Of a DNA stretch of 64,000 nt, positions 53,845-61,694 are shown piece by piece. Position numbers and translations under genes: made by a program. The DNA comes from Planctomycetota bacterium. GTDB taxonomy: Bacteria; Planctomycetota; B15-G4. Below the pieces are notes generated by a model. It was given only the letters and a program-made list of their open reading frames with translations. It had not been told where the DNA came from and searched no databases. Every line of letters begins with the position of its first letter. Within the stretch, counting starts at the first letter, position 1. The stretch is taken from assembly GCA_965248575.1 (NCBI GenBank), contig CBDFJQ010000002.1:5152001-5216000 (forward strand), given 5' to 3'.

Positions 53845-56649
53845 GTGCGACGGGTGCCGTTCTCGATCTGTCTCGGGCTGCTGCTGATGTTGTCCCCCGT
53901 CGTGAGTGCCCAGTCCGGGCTCCACGGCGAGTACTTCGACGACACCTCGCTCATGCAGTTGGTGGACATGCGGGTGGACGCGAAGCTGGACTTCACCAAC
54001 TGGGTCTCTGCACCTCCTGGTACGGCTGTTCAAGCGGACGGCGAATTCTCGGAGCGTTGGACGGGTTACGTCAGTGTGCCCACATCAGGCTCATGGACAT
54101 TCACGACGAAGTCGAATGATGGCGTGCGGGTCTGGGTCGATGGCCAACAGATCATCGACAATTGGTCGCTGCACGCAGTGACTGAAGACAGCGCATCCAT
54201 CACCTTGCCTGCTGGCTGGCACTCGCTGCGTGTCGAACACTTCCAGTCGGGTGGCCAGATGGCCATGCAGTTGTTCTTCGACGGCCCCGGCCAGTCGAAG
54301 GTCATCATCCCCACGGCGAACCTCTCGGTGCAGCCGCTGGGCAACCTCTTGCCGGGTGTGACGGCCGGTGCGGATCTGCTGGTGATTGCACCAGGCAATT
54401 CGATCGTGTTGCCGAGCCTGTCCAATGATGCGGATGGAAGCATCGTCGACACTCTCTGGGTGCAGGTGTCAGGCCCCGCGTCGACCTTGGTGAATCCCTC
54501 GGCCAAGAACCTGACGGTCGAGAACATGAATCAGGTGGGCGACTACCAGTATCAGGTCACGGTCACCGACGATAACGGAGACCAAGCGTCGGACATCGTG
54601 AAGGTCTCGGTGGTGGAGTGCGCCGGAGGGGCGCCGGAACCCGATGGCAGCTTGCGGCCCTGGCACCGACTGGGTTTCGACTTCCAGGGACCCGGGGCGA
54701 ACGAAGGGGGCAACCCAAATCCGTTCCGCGACTACCGGCTGACCGTGCGCTTCGTGCACACCTCGACCGGGGTGGTCTACCACGTGCCTGGCTTCTTCGA
54801 AGCCGACGGCCGCCCCGATCTCACGGGCGCGACGGGTGGAACCGTCTGGCGCACCTGGTTCACTCCAGACCGTGCGGGAGACTGGTACTACACGGTGAGC
54901 TTCCGCACTGGAACGGACGTGGCCGTCAGCCTCGACCCGCAGGCGGGTACGCCGACCTCCTTCGACGGGCTCTCTGGTTGCTTCGAAGTGATGAAGGCTC
55001 TCAAGACCGAGCCCGGCTTCCGGGCGGACGGGCGACTCGGCTACACGGACGAGCACTACCTGCGCCACATGGGGTCGGGCAAGCCCTACCTGAAAGGCGG
55101 AGCCAACAGCCCGGAGAACCTGCTGGCCTACGTCGACTTTGATCAGACGCCCAATGCCATGCACTCCTATGGACCCCACCTGGGTGATTGGACGGCTGGC
55201 GATCCCACATGGAAGGGCGGCCTCGGCAAGTCACTGATTGGCGGCGTCAACTACCTGGCAGGGCAGGGCGTCAACGCCATGTACTTCCTGACGTTCAACG
55301 TGGCCGGTGACGGAAACGACGTCTGGATGTGGACCAGCTCGACCGAGCGTGAACGCTTCGATGTCAGCAAGCTGGCTCAGTGGGAAGTGCTCTTCAACCA
55401 CATGGATGACATGGGCGTTGCGCAGCATGTCATTACCCAGGAGCAAGAGAACGACACCGGTTCCAAGGCGATCGACAACGGAAGCCTGGGCCTGGAGCGC
55501 ATGCTCTACTACCGCGAACTGGTCGCGCGCTTCGGTCATCACCTGGGCATCGTCTGGAACCTCGGCGAGGAGAACGGGAACAGCACGAGTCAGCTGCAGG
55601 ACTTCTACGACTACATCACGGCCTTGGACCCTTATGACCACCCGGTGGTTGTGCATTCCTACCCCGGCGACCAGGACGACGTCTACGGCCCGCTGCTCGA
55701 CCTCGATCGCCTGGAAGGTGCCTCGCTCCAGAGCCTGACGGCCGACCTGGTTCACCAGCAGACGCTCATGTGGCGTTCGGAGTCCCAAGCCCACGGTCGT
55801 CCCTGGTTCGTGGCTTCCGACGAGACGGGGCCCTCATCGGATGGCGTCCTGCCCGACAATGTGGATCTGCAGCACGACGAGCCCCGTAAGGAGATCCTGT
55901 GGGGCAACCTCATGGCCGGTGGCGCGGGGGTGGAATGGTACTTCGGTTACGACTACCCCAATAACGACCTCGACTGCGAGGACTGGAGCCAGCGCGAGGC
56001 CATGTGGGAGCAGACGGGCCACGCGCTGTCCTTCTTCAACGAGCACCTCCCGTTCACGGAGATGGAGCCGAACGATGAACTCGTCACCAACTCCAAGGCC
56101 TGGTGCTTTGCCGCGGAGGACGACACCTATGCGGTCTACCTGCCCAAGGGTGGGGCGACGTGGCTCGACCTGGGCAGCAGCACCCGCACGTTCGACGTGC
56201 TCTGGTTCGATCCGCGCAATGGGGGTGACTTGCTCACGGGCACCGTGCTCGAGGTCGAAGGGCCTGGGTGGGTGAACATTGGTACGCATCCAGGTGGGGC
56301 GCCGGGACAGGACTGGGCGGGACTCGTGCAGTTCAAGAACCTGCCTCCGGTCGTGACGGATGTCCTGATCGGGCCCAACCCGTATCTCGGGAACTCATTC
56401 TTCAGCCTGCAGATCAACGTGGCCGATCCCAACGGATTGGACGACGTCGAGTCCGTTGCCGTGCACGTCATCTCGCCCAACTTCGCCTATCTGGGTGCGG
56501 TCCAGTGCCCGAAGTTGGAGCCCGGGATCTACGGTTTCTACGCCCCCAACGCGCCTCCCATCCCGACCGGCACCTGGTACTTCGCTGGAGCGGTCACGGA
56601 TCAAGGCGGGGAGCAGGACTACCTGATCAAAACGCTCGAGGCTCAGTAG
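53845..56649 (+). CDS. Secreted multidomain carbohydrate-active protein: PA14 + PKD-like + DUF5060 + GH-like barrel + beta-sandwich domains
   Basis: Signal ending VSA-Q. PA14 (GLHGEYF, FSERWTG, SNDGVRVWVDG, VEHFQ), DADGSI..WVQVSGP, NPFRDYRL..VPGFF..FTPD, WNLGEEN, WGNLMAGGAGVEWY, WFDPRNGG. Start uncertain. Confidence 0.8.
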   Translation: MRRVPFSICLGLLLMLSPVVSAQSGLHGEYFDDTSLMQLVDMRVDAKLDFTNWVSAPPGTAVQADGEFSERWTGYVSVPTSGSWTFTTKSNDGVRVWVDGQQIIDNWSLHAVTEDSASITLPAGWHSLRVEHFQSGGQMAMQLFFDGPGQSKVIIPTANLSVQPLGNLLPGVTAGADLLVIAPGNSIVLPSLSNDADGSIVDTLWVQVSGPASTLVNPSAKNLTVENMNQVGDYQYQVTVTDDNGDQASDIVKVSVVECAGGAPEPDGSLRPWHRLGFDFQGPGANEGGNPNPFRDYRLTVRFVHTSTGVVYHVPGFFEADGRPDLTGATGGTVWRTWFTPDRAGDWYYTVSFRTGTDVAVSLDPQAGTPTSFDGLSGCFEVMKALKTEPGFRADGRLGYTDEHYLRHMGSGKPYLKGGANSPENLLAYVDFDQTPNAMHSYGPHLGDWTAGDPTWKGGLGKSLIGGVNYLAGQGVNAMYFLTFNVAGDGNDVWMWTSSTERERFDVSKLAQWEVLFNHMDDMGVAQHVITQEQENDTGSKAIDNGSLGLERMLYYRELVARFGHHLGIVWNLGEENGNSTSQLQDFYDYITALDPYDHPVVVHSYPGDQDDVYGPLLDLDRLEGASLQSLTADLVHQQTLMWRSESQAHGRPWFVASDETGPSSDGVLPDNVDLQHDEPRKEILWGNLMAGGAGVEWYFGYDYPNNDLDCEDWSQREAMWEQTGHALSFFNEHLPFTEMEPNDELVTNSKAWCFAAEDDTYAVYLPKGGATWLDLGSSTRTFDVLWFDPRNGGDLLTGTVLEVEGPGWVNIGTHPGGAPGQDWAGLVQFKNLPPVVTDVLIGPNPYLGNSFFSLQINVADPNGLDDVESVAVHVISPNFAYLGAVQCPKLEPGIYGFYAPNAPPIPTGTWYFAGAVTDQGGEQDYLIKTLEAQ

Positions 56650-56663
56650 TCCACCGAGTTGCG

Positions 56664-57260
56664 TCAGGTCACGCTCACGACTAAGGCTTGCACCGCCCAC
56701 ACGATCAGGGCAGCGACCACCAGCAACGCAGACCCCAGCAGGCAGCGTGTCGAAAGGGAAAGCTGGCTGAGGTCGGCGCGGAGCAGGCCGCGCTGGGTGG
56801 TCTGGGCGCTTCCCGGGCGGCCTCTGGCATCCGGGCCGGCCGCCCCTAGCCGGCGTGGTCCCGGCGTGCGTGGATCACGACCAGCCTGCGCGGTCGTCGG
56901 TGCATCCAAGGGGCGCCTGGTGGATCCCTCGGGGTTCGGCTTCCGGGCCGGTGCCTGGACCGGTGCCTGGGCCTCGACGCCCGACCCGGTCCAGACCAAC
57001 CGAACGCGCAGGCTCCCCAGCAGGAGATCGTCACCGGGTCTCAGCTCTCCCTCGGTCAGGGCCCAGCCGTCCAGCTCGACAAGCGCGCCCGGCAGGACCT
57101 CAAAGTGCAGGCTCTGTCCGTCTCCCTGCGAGAGGCGGGCATGACGTGGGAGGACCTGCTCGGCCTCCAGCCTGAGCTCGCAGCTCGGGTCGGATCCCAA
57201 GGTGACGGGAAGCGGGGGGACGGGTAGCCGGCGTCCCTGGGAGGTGATGAAGGACCACAT
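56664..57260 (-). CDS. FHA-like domain protein with C-terminal TM anchor
   Basis: VTLGSDPSCELRL..VLPRHARL..LRPGDDLLLG, Pro/Arg linker, C-terminal hydrophobic helix. Confidence 0.7.
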   Translation of the reverse strand: MWSFITSQGRRLPVPPLPVTLGSDPSCELRLEAEQVLPRHARLSQGDGQSLHFEVLPGALVELDGWALTEGELRPGDDLLLGSLRVRLVWTGSGVEAQAPVQAPARKPNPEGSTRRPLDAPTTAQAGRDPRTPGPRRLGAAGPDARGRPGSAQTTQRGLLRADLSQLSLSTRCLLGSALLVVAALIVWAVQALVVSVT

Positions 57261-57329
57261 GGCGCCCATGATCGGTCTTGAGACAGCTGGAGGCAAAGGC
57301 GGTGATGCGTGCGCTACACTCAGCCACCC

Positions 57330-58052
57330 ATGAGCCTCCTGACGGCCCGCCAGATCACGCACGCGTACCGCCGCACATGGGGGCGCGCCCAGCCTACGCT
57401 CAGTGGGGTGGATCTCGATGTGGCCCCGGGCGAGTGCTGGGGGGTCATCGGGCCCAATGGGTCGGGGAAATCGACCCTGCTCCGCATCCTGGCTGGCCTG
57501 AGCACACCGCTTGCCGGCGAGGTGGTCGTGGCTGGTGCTCCAGCGGGAAGCCGCCGGGCCCGGGAGTCTTGCGGGTACGCGCCGGAGGTCATCCGCTGGC
57601 CCGAGGTCATGCGTGTACAGGACGCCCTCGGGGAGCTGGCTGCGCTCTCGACGGTGCACGGAATCAGCGTGCGTGTGGAGCGGGTGATGCGGCTGTTGGG
57701 TCTGGAGGAGCTGTCCGGTCGGCGCCTGGGGACGCTCTCACTGGGCCAGGCTCGGCGTGTCGTCATCGCCCAGGCGCTGCTGGACGACCCACCGCTGCTG
57801 ATACTCGACGAGGCATTCTCTGGTCTCGATTCCCTGGTGGTGCACGATCTGCGGGACGACCTGCGGCTGCGACTGGCTGGAGGAGCGGGGCTGGTGATGG
57901 CCACGCATCGCTTGGAAGACCTCGTTGGGTTGGCGACCCATGTGATCGTGTTGCACGGCGGGCGCGTGATTCGCCGCGGTCTCGCTGATGAGGTCCTGCA
58001 GGGCTTGGGGGGGCGCGAGAGCCTGGCGAGCTTCTTGGAGGCTCGCGAGTGA
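57330..58052 (+). CDS. ABC transporter ATP-binding protein
   Basis: GPNGSGKST, signature LSLGQ, LILDEAFSGLD, ATH. Confidence 0.92.
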   Translation: MSLLTARQITHAYRRTWGRAQPTLSGVDLDVAPGECWGVIGPNGSGKSTLLRILAGLSTPLAGEVVVAGAPAGSRRARESCGYAPEVIRWPEVMRVQDALGELAALSTVHGISVRVERVMRLLGLEELSGRRLGTLSLGQARRVVIAQALLDDPPLLILDEAFSGLDSLVVHDLRDDLRLRLAGGAGLVMATHRLEDLVGLATHVIVLHGGRVIRRGLADEVLQGLGGRESLASFLEARE

Positions 58053-58987
58053 TTGTCTCCGCGCTGCTGCTGGCCGGCGTCACCTTCCGGCGCCTGGCCA
58101 CCGCGCGCAGTCTACTGCTGGCCATCTTCGGTGGTCTTGTGGCGGGACTCCTGGCCGTGGGCGTCCCGAGCCCGAACCTGGCCCGCGATGTGCTGGACCT
58201 CTCCATCGCCGCGGTGGTGGCCTTGATCGTCCTGCCTCTCGTCGCGGGCCTTCCCACATCCGATCGCAAGGGCGGTTTCGAGGCGCTGCAAGCCGTGCGC
58301 CCCGTGCACTCCCTCGGCTGGTCGGCTGGTCGGCTGCAAGGGAGCTTCTTCGCGGGCATCCTCCTGATGCTGATCGTCGCCCATGTTGCGTACGGAGTGG
58401 CTGCGACGCGCGACGTCCCGAGCGCTGTGGAGGGCAAGCCTGAGAGTCTCCAGGGAAACTCGGGCAGCGTGCAGCTGTGGCGCTTCTCGTTGCCTTCCGG
58501 TGCGCTGGGTCCCTTCGTGATGTCAGTCGAGACCTTCGTGCCCTTCGCCGGTGCCGGTTCGCTGGATGTCGCGACCCAGCGTGGCGCTGGTGAACACCGA
58601 CAGACGGTGAACGTCCTCCCCGTGCGCCGGCACGAAGTCCTGGTCCCGGATCTGTCTCCACACCGCGGGGATCTCTACGTGGGTCTCGTCCCGCGCCAGG
58701 GTGCCGTCTTGGGGGCACGTGCGCCCACCTTGGCAGTAGGTCGTGAGCCGCTCGCGGTGGGGCGGCCGCATCTCTCGCGCGGCGTTCTCGGTCGGCTGGC
58801 CTTGGCGCTCCTGGTCGTCTTGGTTGCGGCGCAGGTCTTCCACTTCGAGACCGCATGCCTGGCGGGCACCCTCGCGCTGGCAGTCTCGCCACCGGATTCG
58901 CCGGGCCTGTGGGTGGCGGTCGCGGCGTCGCTGCTCGCCTTCGCTGCGCTGGGAACGGCGCTGGTTCGACGGGAGGCCTTGCCATGA
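58049..58987 (+). CDS. ABC-2-like permease with a central extracytoplasmic beta-domain
   Basis: Three N-terminal TM with SDRKGG..L.VRP..GRLQG (ABC-2-like loop), soluble domain, further TMs. GTGA overlap. Confidence 0.6.
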   Translation: MIVSALLLAGVTFRRLATARSLLLAIFGGLVAGLLAVGVPSPNLARDVLDLSIAAVVALIVLPLVAGLPTSDRKGGFEALQAVRPVHSLGWSAGRLQGSFFAGILLMLIVAHVAYGVAATRDVPSAVEGKPESLQGNSGSVQLWRFSLPSGALGPFVMSVETFVPFAGAGSLDVATQRGAGEHRQTVNVLPVRRHEVLVPDLSPHRGDLYVGLVPRQGAVLGARAPTLAVGREPLAVGRPHLSRGVLGRLALALLVVLVAAQVFHFETACLAGTLALAVSPPDSPGLWVAVAASLLAFAALGTALVRREALP

Positions 58988-59835
58988 ATCTCTCCCCTCG
59001 ACTTACGTTGGCAGCAGCGGCGCTCTGCCTCGTAGTCGCTGCCTTCACGGCCGGTTCAGCGATGGGCGTCAGGCAAATCGCGTCGGGATCAGGGGCTGCG
59101 GCGCCGACGCTCGGGTTCGCGGTGGAACCGGTTGCCCAGGCCCTGGAGCCGCTGGGACCCGTGCGAGCCCTGGTGTCGTGTGTGCTTTGGGGCCTCGTTC
59201 AGGAGAAGCAGCGCGAAGGGGATTCCGCAGCGGTGGCCGACATCGCCGAAGGTCTGATTCGCCTGCACCCGGGGCTGGATGCCGTGCGCATCTTCCTGGC
59301 ACGGCAGTTGGTGGTGAGCCAGGCACCCCGCACTCCCGATGCGCAACGTCATCGAGCCCTGGTCGAGCGCGGGCTGCGCCTGTTGGAAGAGGGGTTCGGC
59401 TTGGAAGAGGGGTTCGGGGACGGCCGTCGCGCCGCTTTGCACGGGGCCATGGGGACCTTGCTGGCAATCCAGGTCGAGGTGGACCCGCGCTTTGCCCCCG
59501 TGGCCTCGCAGTACTTTGGCGAGCGACCCGACGAGGTCGCGATCCAGCAGCTGCGGCTCGGCCGGGAGGGAACTGCAGATTCCGTCACGCTGATCCTCTT
59601 GCTTGTCGAGCGGGGCCTGAGCACGTTGCGCATGAGCGGCGATGTCTATGACGCCGAGCGCGACCTGGCAGAGGCCGTGGGCGTGTTGCATCAGTTCTCC
59701 GAGAAGGAACGAGTGTCCATCGCTCCTGAGTTGGAGACCCTGCGGGAGCTCCTGTCCCTGCCGCAGGATGACCTGGGCCTGGGCCTGGGCCTGGGCGTAG
59801 ACCGGGGTTCCCAGCTTGAGGAGCAGCGCTCGTGA
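58984..59835 (+). CDS. Membrane-anchored helical (TPR-like) protein
   Basis: N-terminal TM, GPVRALVSCVLW..LIRLHP..ERGLRLLEEG. ATGA overlap. Confidence 0.65.
   Translation: MNLSPRLTLAAAALCLVVAAFTAGSAMGVRQIASGSGAAAPTLGFAVEPVAQALEPLGPVRALVSCVLWGLVQEKQREGDSAAVADIAEGLIRLHPGLDAVRIFLARQLVVSQAPRTPDAQRHRALVERGLRLLEEGFGLEEGFGDGRRAALHGAMGTLLAIQVEVDPRFAPVASQYFGERPDEVAIQQLRLGREGTADSVTLILLLVERGLSTLRMSGDVYDAERDLAEAVGVLHQFSEKERVSIAPELETLRELLSLPQDDLGLGLGLGVDRGSQLEEQRS
59383..59418 (+). repeat. 18-bp in-frame tandem duplication
   Basis: TTGGAAGAGGGGTTCGGC / TTGGAAGAGGGGTTCGGG = LEEGFG x2. Confidence 0.85.
59773..59796 (+). repeat. (CTGGGC)4 in-frame microsatellite
   Basis: Encodes LGLGLGLG near the C-terminus. 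Confidence 0.85.
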
Positions 59836-61694
59836 CCGTTCGTTGGGGCTTGCTGGCCATCGCCTTGGGTGTGTTGTTGAGGGTCATGGCCTTCGATGCC
59901 CACAGCTTGCCGCGTGGAGATGTGGTTCTCGATGTGGGTGTCGCCCGCAGCCTGGGAAACGGCGAGGGATTCCACGCGGGGTTCGAGCGTGCGTTGCCCA
60001 AGCTCGCAGGTGCGCGTGCCGAGGTCGGGCCCCAGGATCTTGCCGATCAGCACCCACCCCTGTGGCCGTTGCTCGCGTCGCCCCTGGTCTGGCTGGGCCT
60101 GGACGCTTTCACGGCACTCAAGCTCCTGTCGTTTCTCTTTGGCTTGGCGGCGATCTGGCTGAGCTGGCGCGTGACCGACCGGCTGATTGAGGGCTTCGCC
60201 GGTGCTCCCGACGGACTGCCGGCACTCGCGGCGGGCTGCGTGGGGGTGGGCTTCCTCGCGGTGGAGAGTTCCGGGAACGGTTCCCTGTATGCAGCTCAAG
60301 CAGTGGGTGTGTTGGCGCTCGTGGAGTTGCTGGCCGCGCCCCGGCCCTCTGCGCTCTGGCTCGGCCTCGTGCTGGGAATGCTGCAGCTCTTGAACCACCA
60401 GTGCGCGGTGCTGCTGCCCGTTCCGCTGCTCGTGCTTTGGTTGGCGGCCCCGCGCGGGGGCAGGCTGCGCGCTGCCGCGGTGGGCCTCGGATCGGTAGCG
60501 GTGGCGATGCTCTGCCTCGCACCTTGGTGGATGCGCAACGCTTCAGCCTTCGGCAACCCCTTCCACAGCGTCAACTCCATCTACTTCCTGTATCGCGCCG
60601 GGGTGGACGTCGCTTTCGATGTAGAGCAAGGGGTTCCCGTCCTGCGCTTCGCCGAGAGCCTGAGTGTTCCGCTGCTGCTGCGGGCTTCGCTGGGCTTCGC
60701 GAAGCCCAATGCGCTCTATGTCCTGTCCACGGGCCTGGCTGTGTGGCCCGTCTTGCTCGGCGTGGCGGCGGCGATGTTTGTTCCCTTCGTGGTTTCGGCC
60801 TGGGAAGGGCGGGACCGTCGACTGTGGGCCGTGCTCTCGTGTCTGGTTGTCCTGGCTGCCGTGACAGTGATGTGGCCAGCCACCAAGCTGCGCTACCTGG
60901 TCGTCTTGCAACCGCTGGTCGTGGTGCTGGCCGTGCGGGCCTTCGCCATGGTCTGTGTTGCGGACAACCCGTCAAACTCCCGCCGTAGGCGTTGGGAAAG
61001 TTGGGGCGCCCTGGCCGTGGGATTGGTCTGGCTCGCAGCCCTGCTGTTGACGCGCGACGACATCAGCGGCGATCCGGCCGCCGGCGCCCGCCCGCTGCGT
61101 TGGATGACTCTCGCCTTCGGCGGGGCGTTGCTGTTGTGGTTGCCCCTTCGATTGCTCGGGCGGGCGATTCGGCGAGGGGCGGCGAAGGGTGGGGCTGTAT
61201 CCGGCGACGGTCTGCCGCGCACGCTGCTTCTGGCTGCGGTCTGTGTTTCATGGGTGCTGTCGTCTTGGGTCGCCGTGGGCGGAGACATGCGTACTGCCTA
61301 CCACTCCACGGACTTTGCGCCCGACGTCTTCGGCAAGCATGGAGAGGCTGGGGAAGCGCGCGACATGGAAGCCCTGGCTGCAGTGCGTCAAGAGGCGCTG
61401 CGGGCGAACGTGGTTGAACTCGTGGGCCCGGTGGGCTTGCTTGCCTGGCCGGAGCCCTCGCTGCTGGAAGTCTCGAAGGGCCTGTCCGGGGATCTGCTGG
61501 TGCGGACCTTGGTTGCCCTGGCCGAGGCCGATCGACTGGAGTGGCTGGCGCTGTTGATGGCCGATGCCCAGGTTCTGGTGGGCCCCTTCCCAGAGGTCGG
61601 CCAGGAGGCCTTCGGAGGGCGCCTCAAAGTGGTCGCTGTGATCTCGGAGAGCGAGACCTGCAGCGGCGCTGTGCTGTTGGTCCGTATCCGATGA
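59832..61694 (+). CDS. GT-C fold glycosyltransferase (ArnT/PMT-like)
   Basis: TM1 with LR, GD..D..ARSL..GEG loop, HPPLWPLL, many TMs, PWWMRN..FGNPF, RYLVVLQP. Confidence 0.75.
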   Translation: MTVRWGLLAIALGVLLRVMAFDAHSLPRGDVVLDVGVARSLGNGEGFHAGFERALPKLAGARAEVGPQDLADQHPPLWPLLASPLVWLGLDAFTALKLLSFLFGLAAIWLSWRVTDRLIEGFAGAPDGLPALAAGCVGVGFLAVESSGNGSLYAAQAVGVLALVELLAAPRPSALWLGLVLGMLQLLNHQCAVLLPVPLLVLWLAAPRGGRLRAAAVGLGSVAVAMLCLAPWWMRNASAFGNPFHSVNSIYFLYRAGVDVAFDVEQGVPVLRFAESLSVPLLLRASLGFAKPNALYVLSTGLAVWPVLLGVAAAMFVPFVVSAWEGRDRRLWAVLSCLVVLAAVTVMWPATKLRYLVVLQPLVVVLAVRAFAMVCVADNPSNSRRRRWESWGALAVGLVWLAALLLTRDDISGDPAAGARPLRWMTLAFGGALLLWLPLRLLGRAIRRGAAKGGAVSGDGLPRTLLLAAVCVSWVLSSWVAVGGDMRTAYHSTDFAPDVFGKHGEAGEARDMEALAAVRQEALRANVVELVGPVGLLAWPEPSLLEVSKGLSGDLLVRTLVALAEADRLEWLALLMADAQVLVGPFPEVGQEAFGGRLKVVAVISESETCSGAVLLVRIR

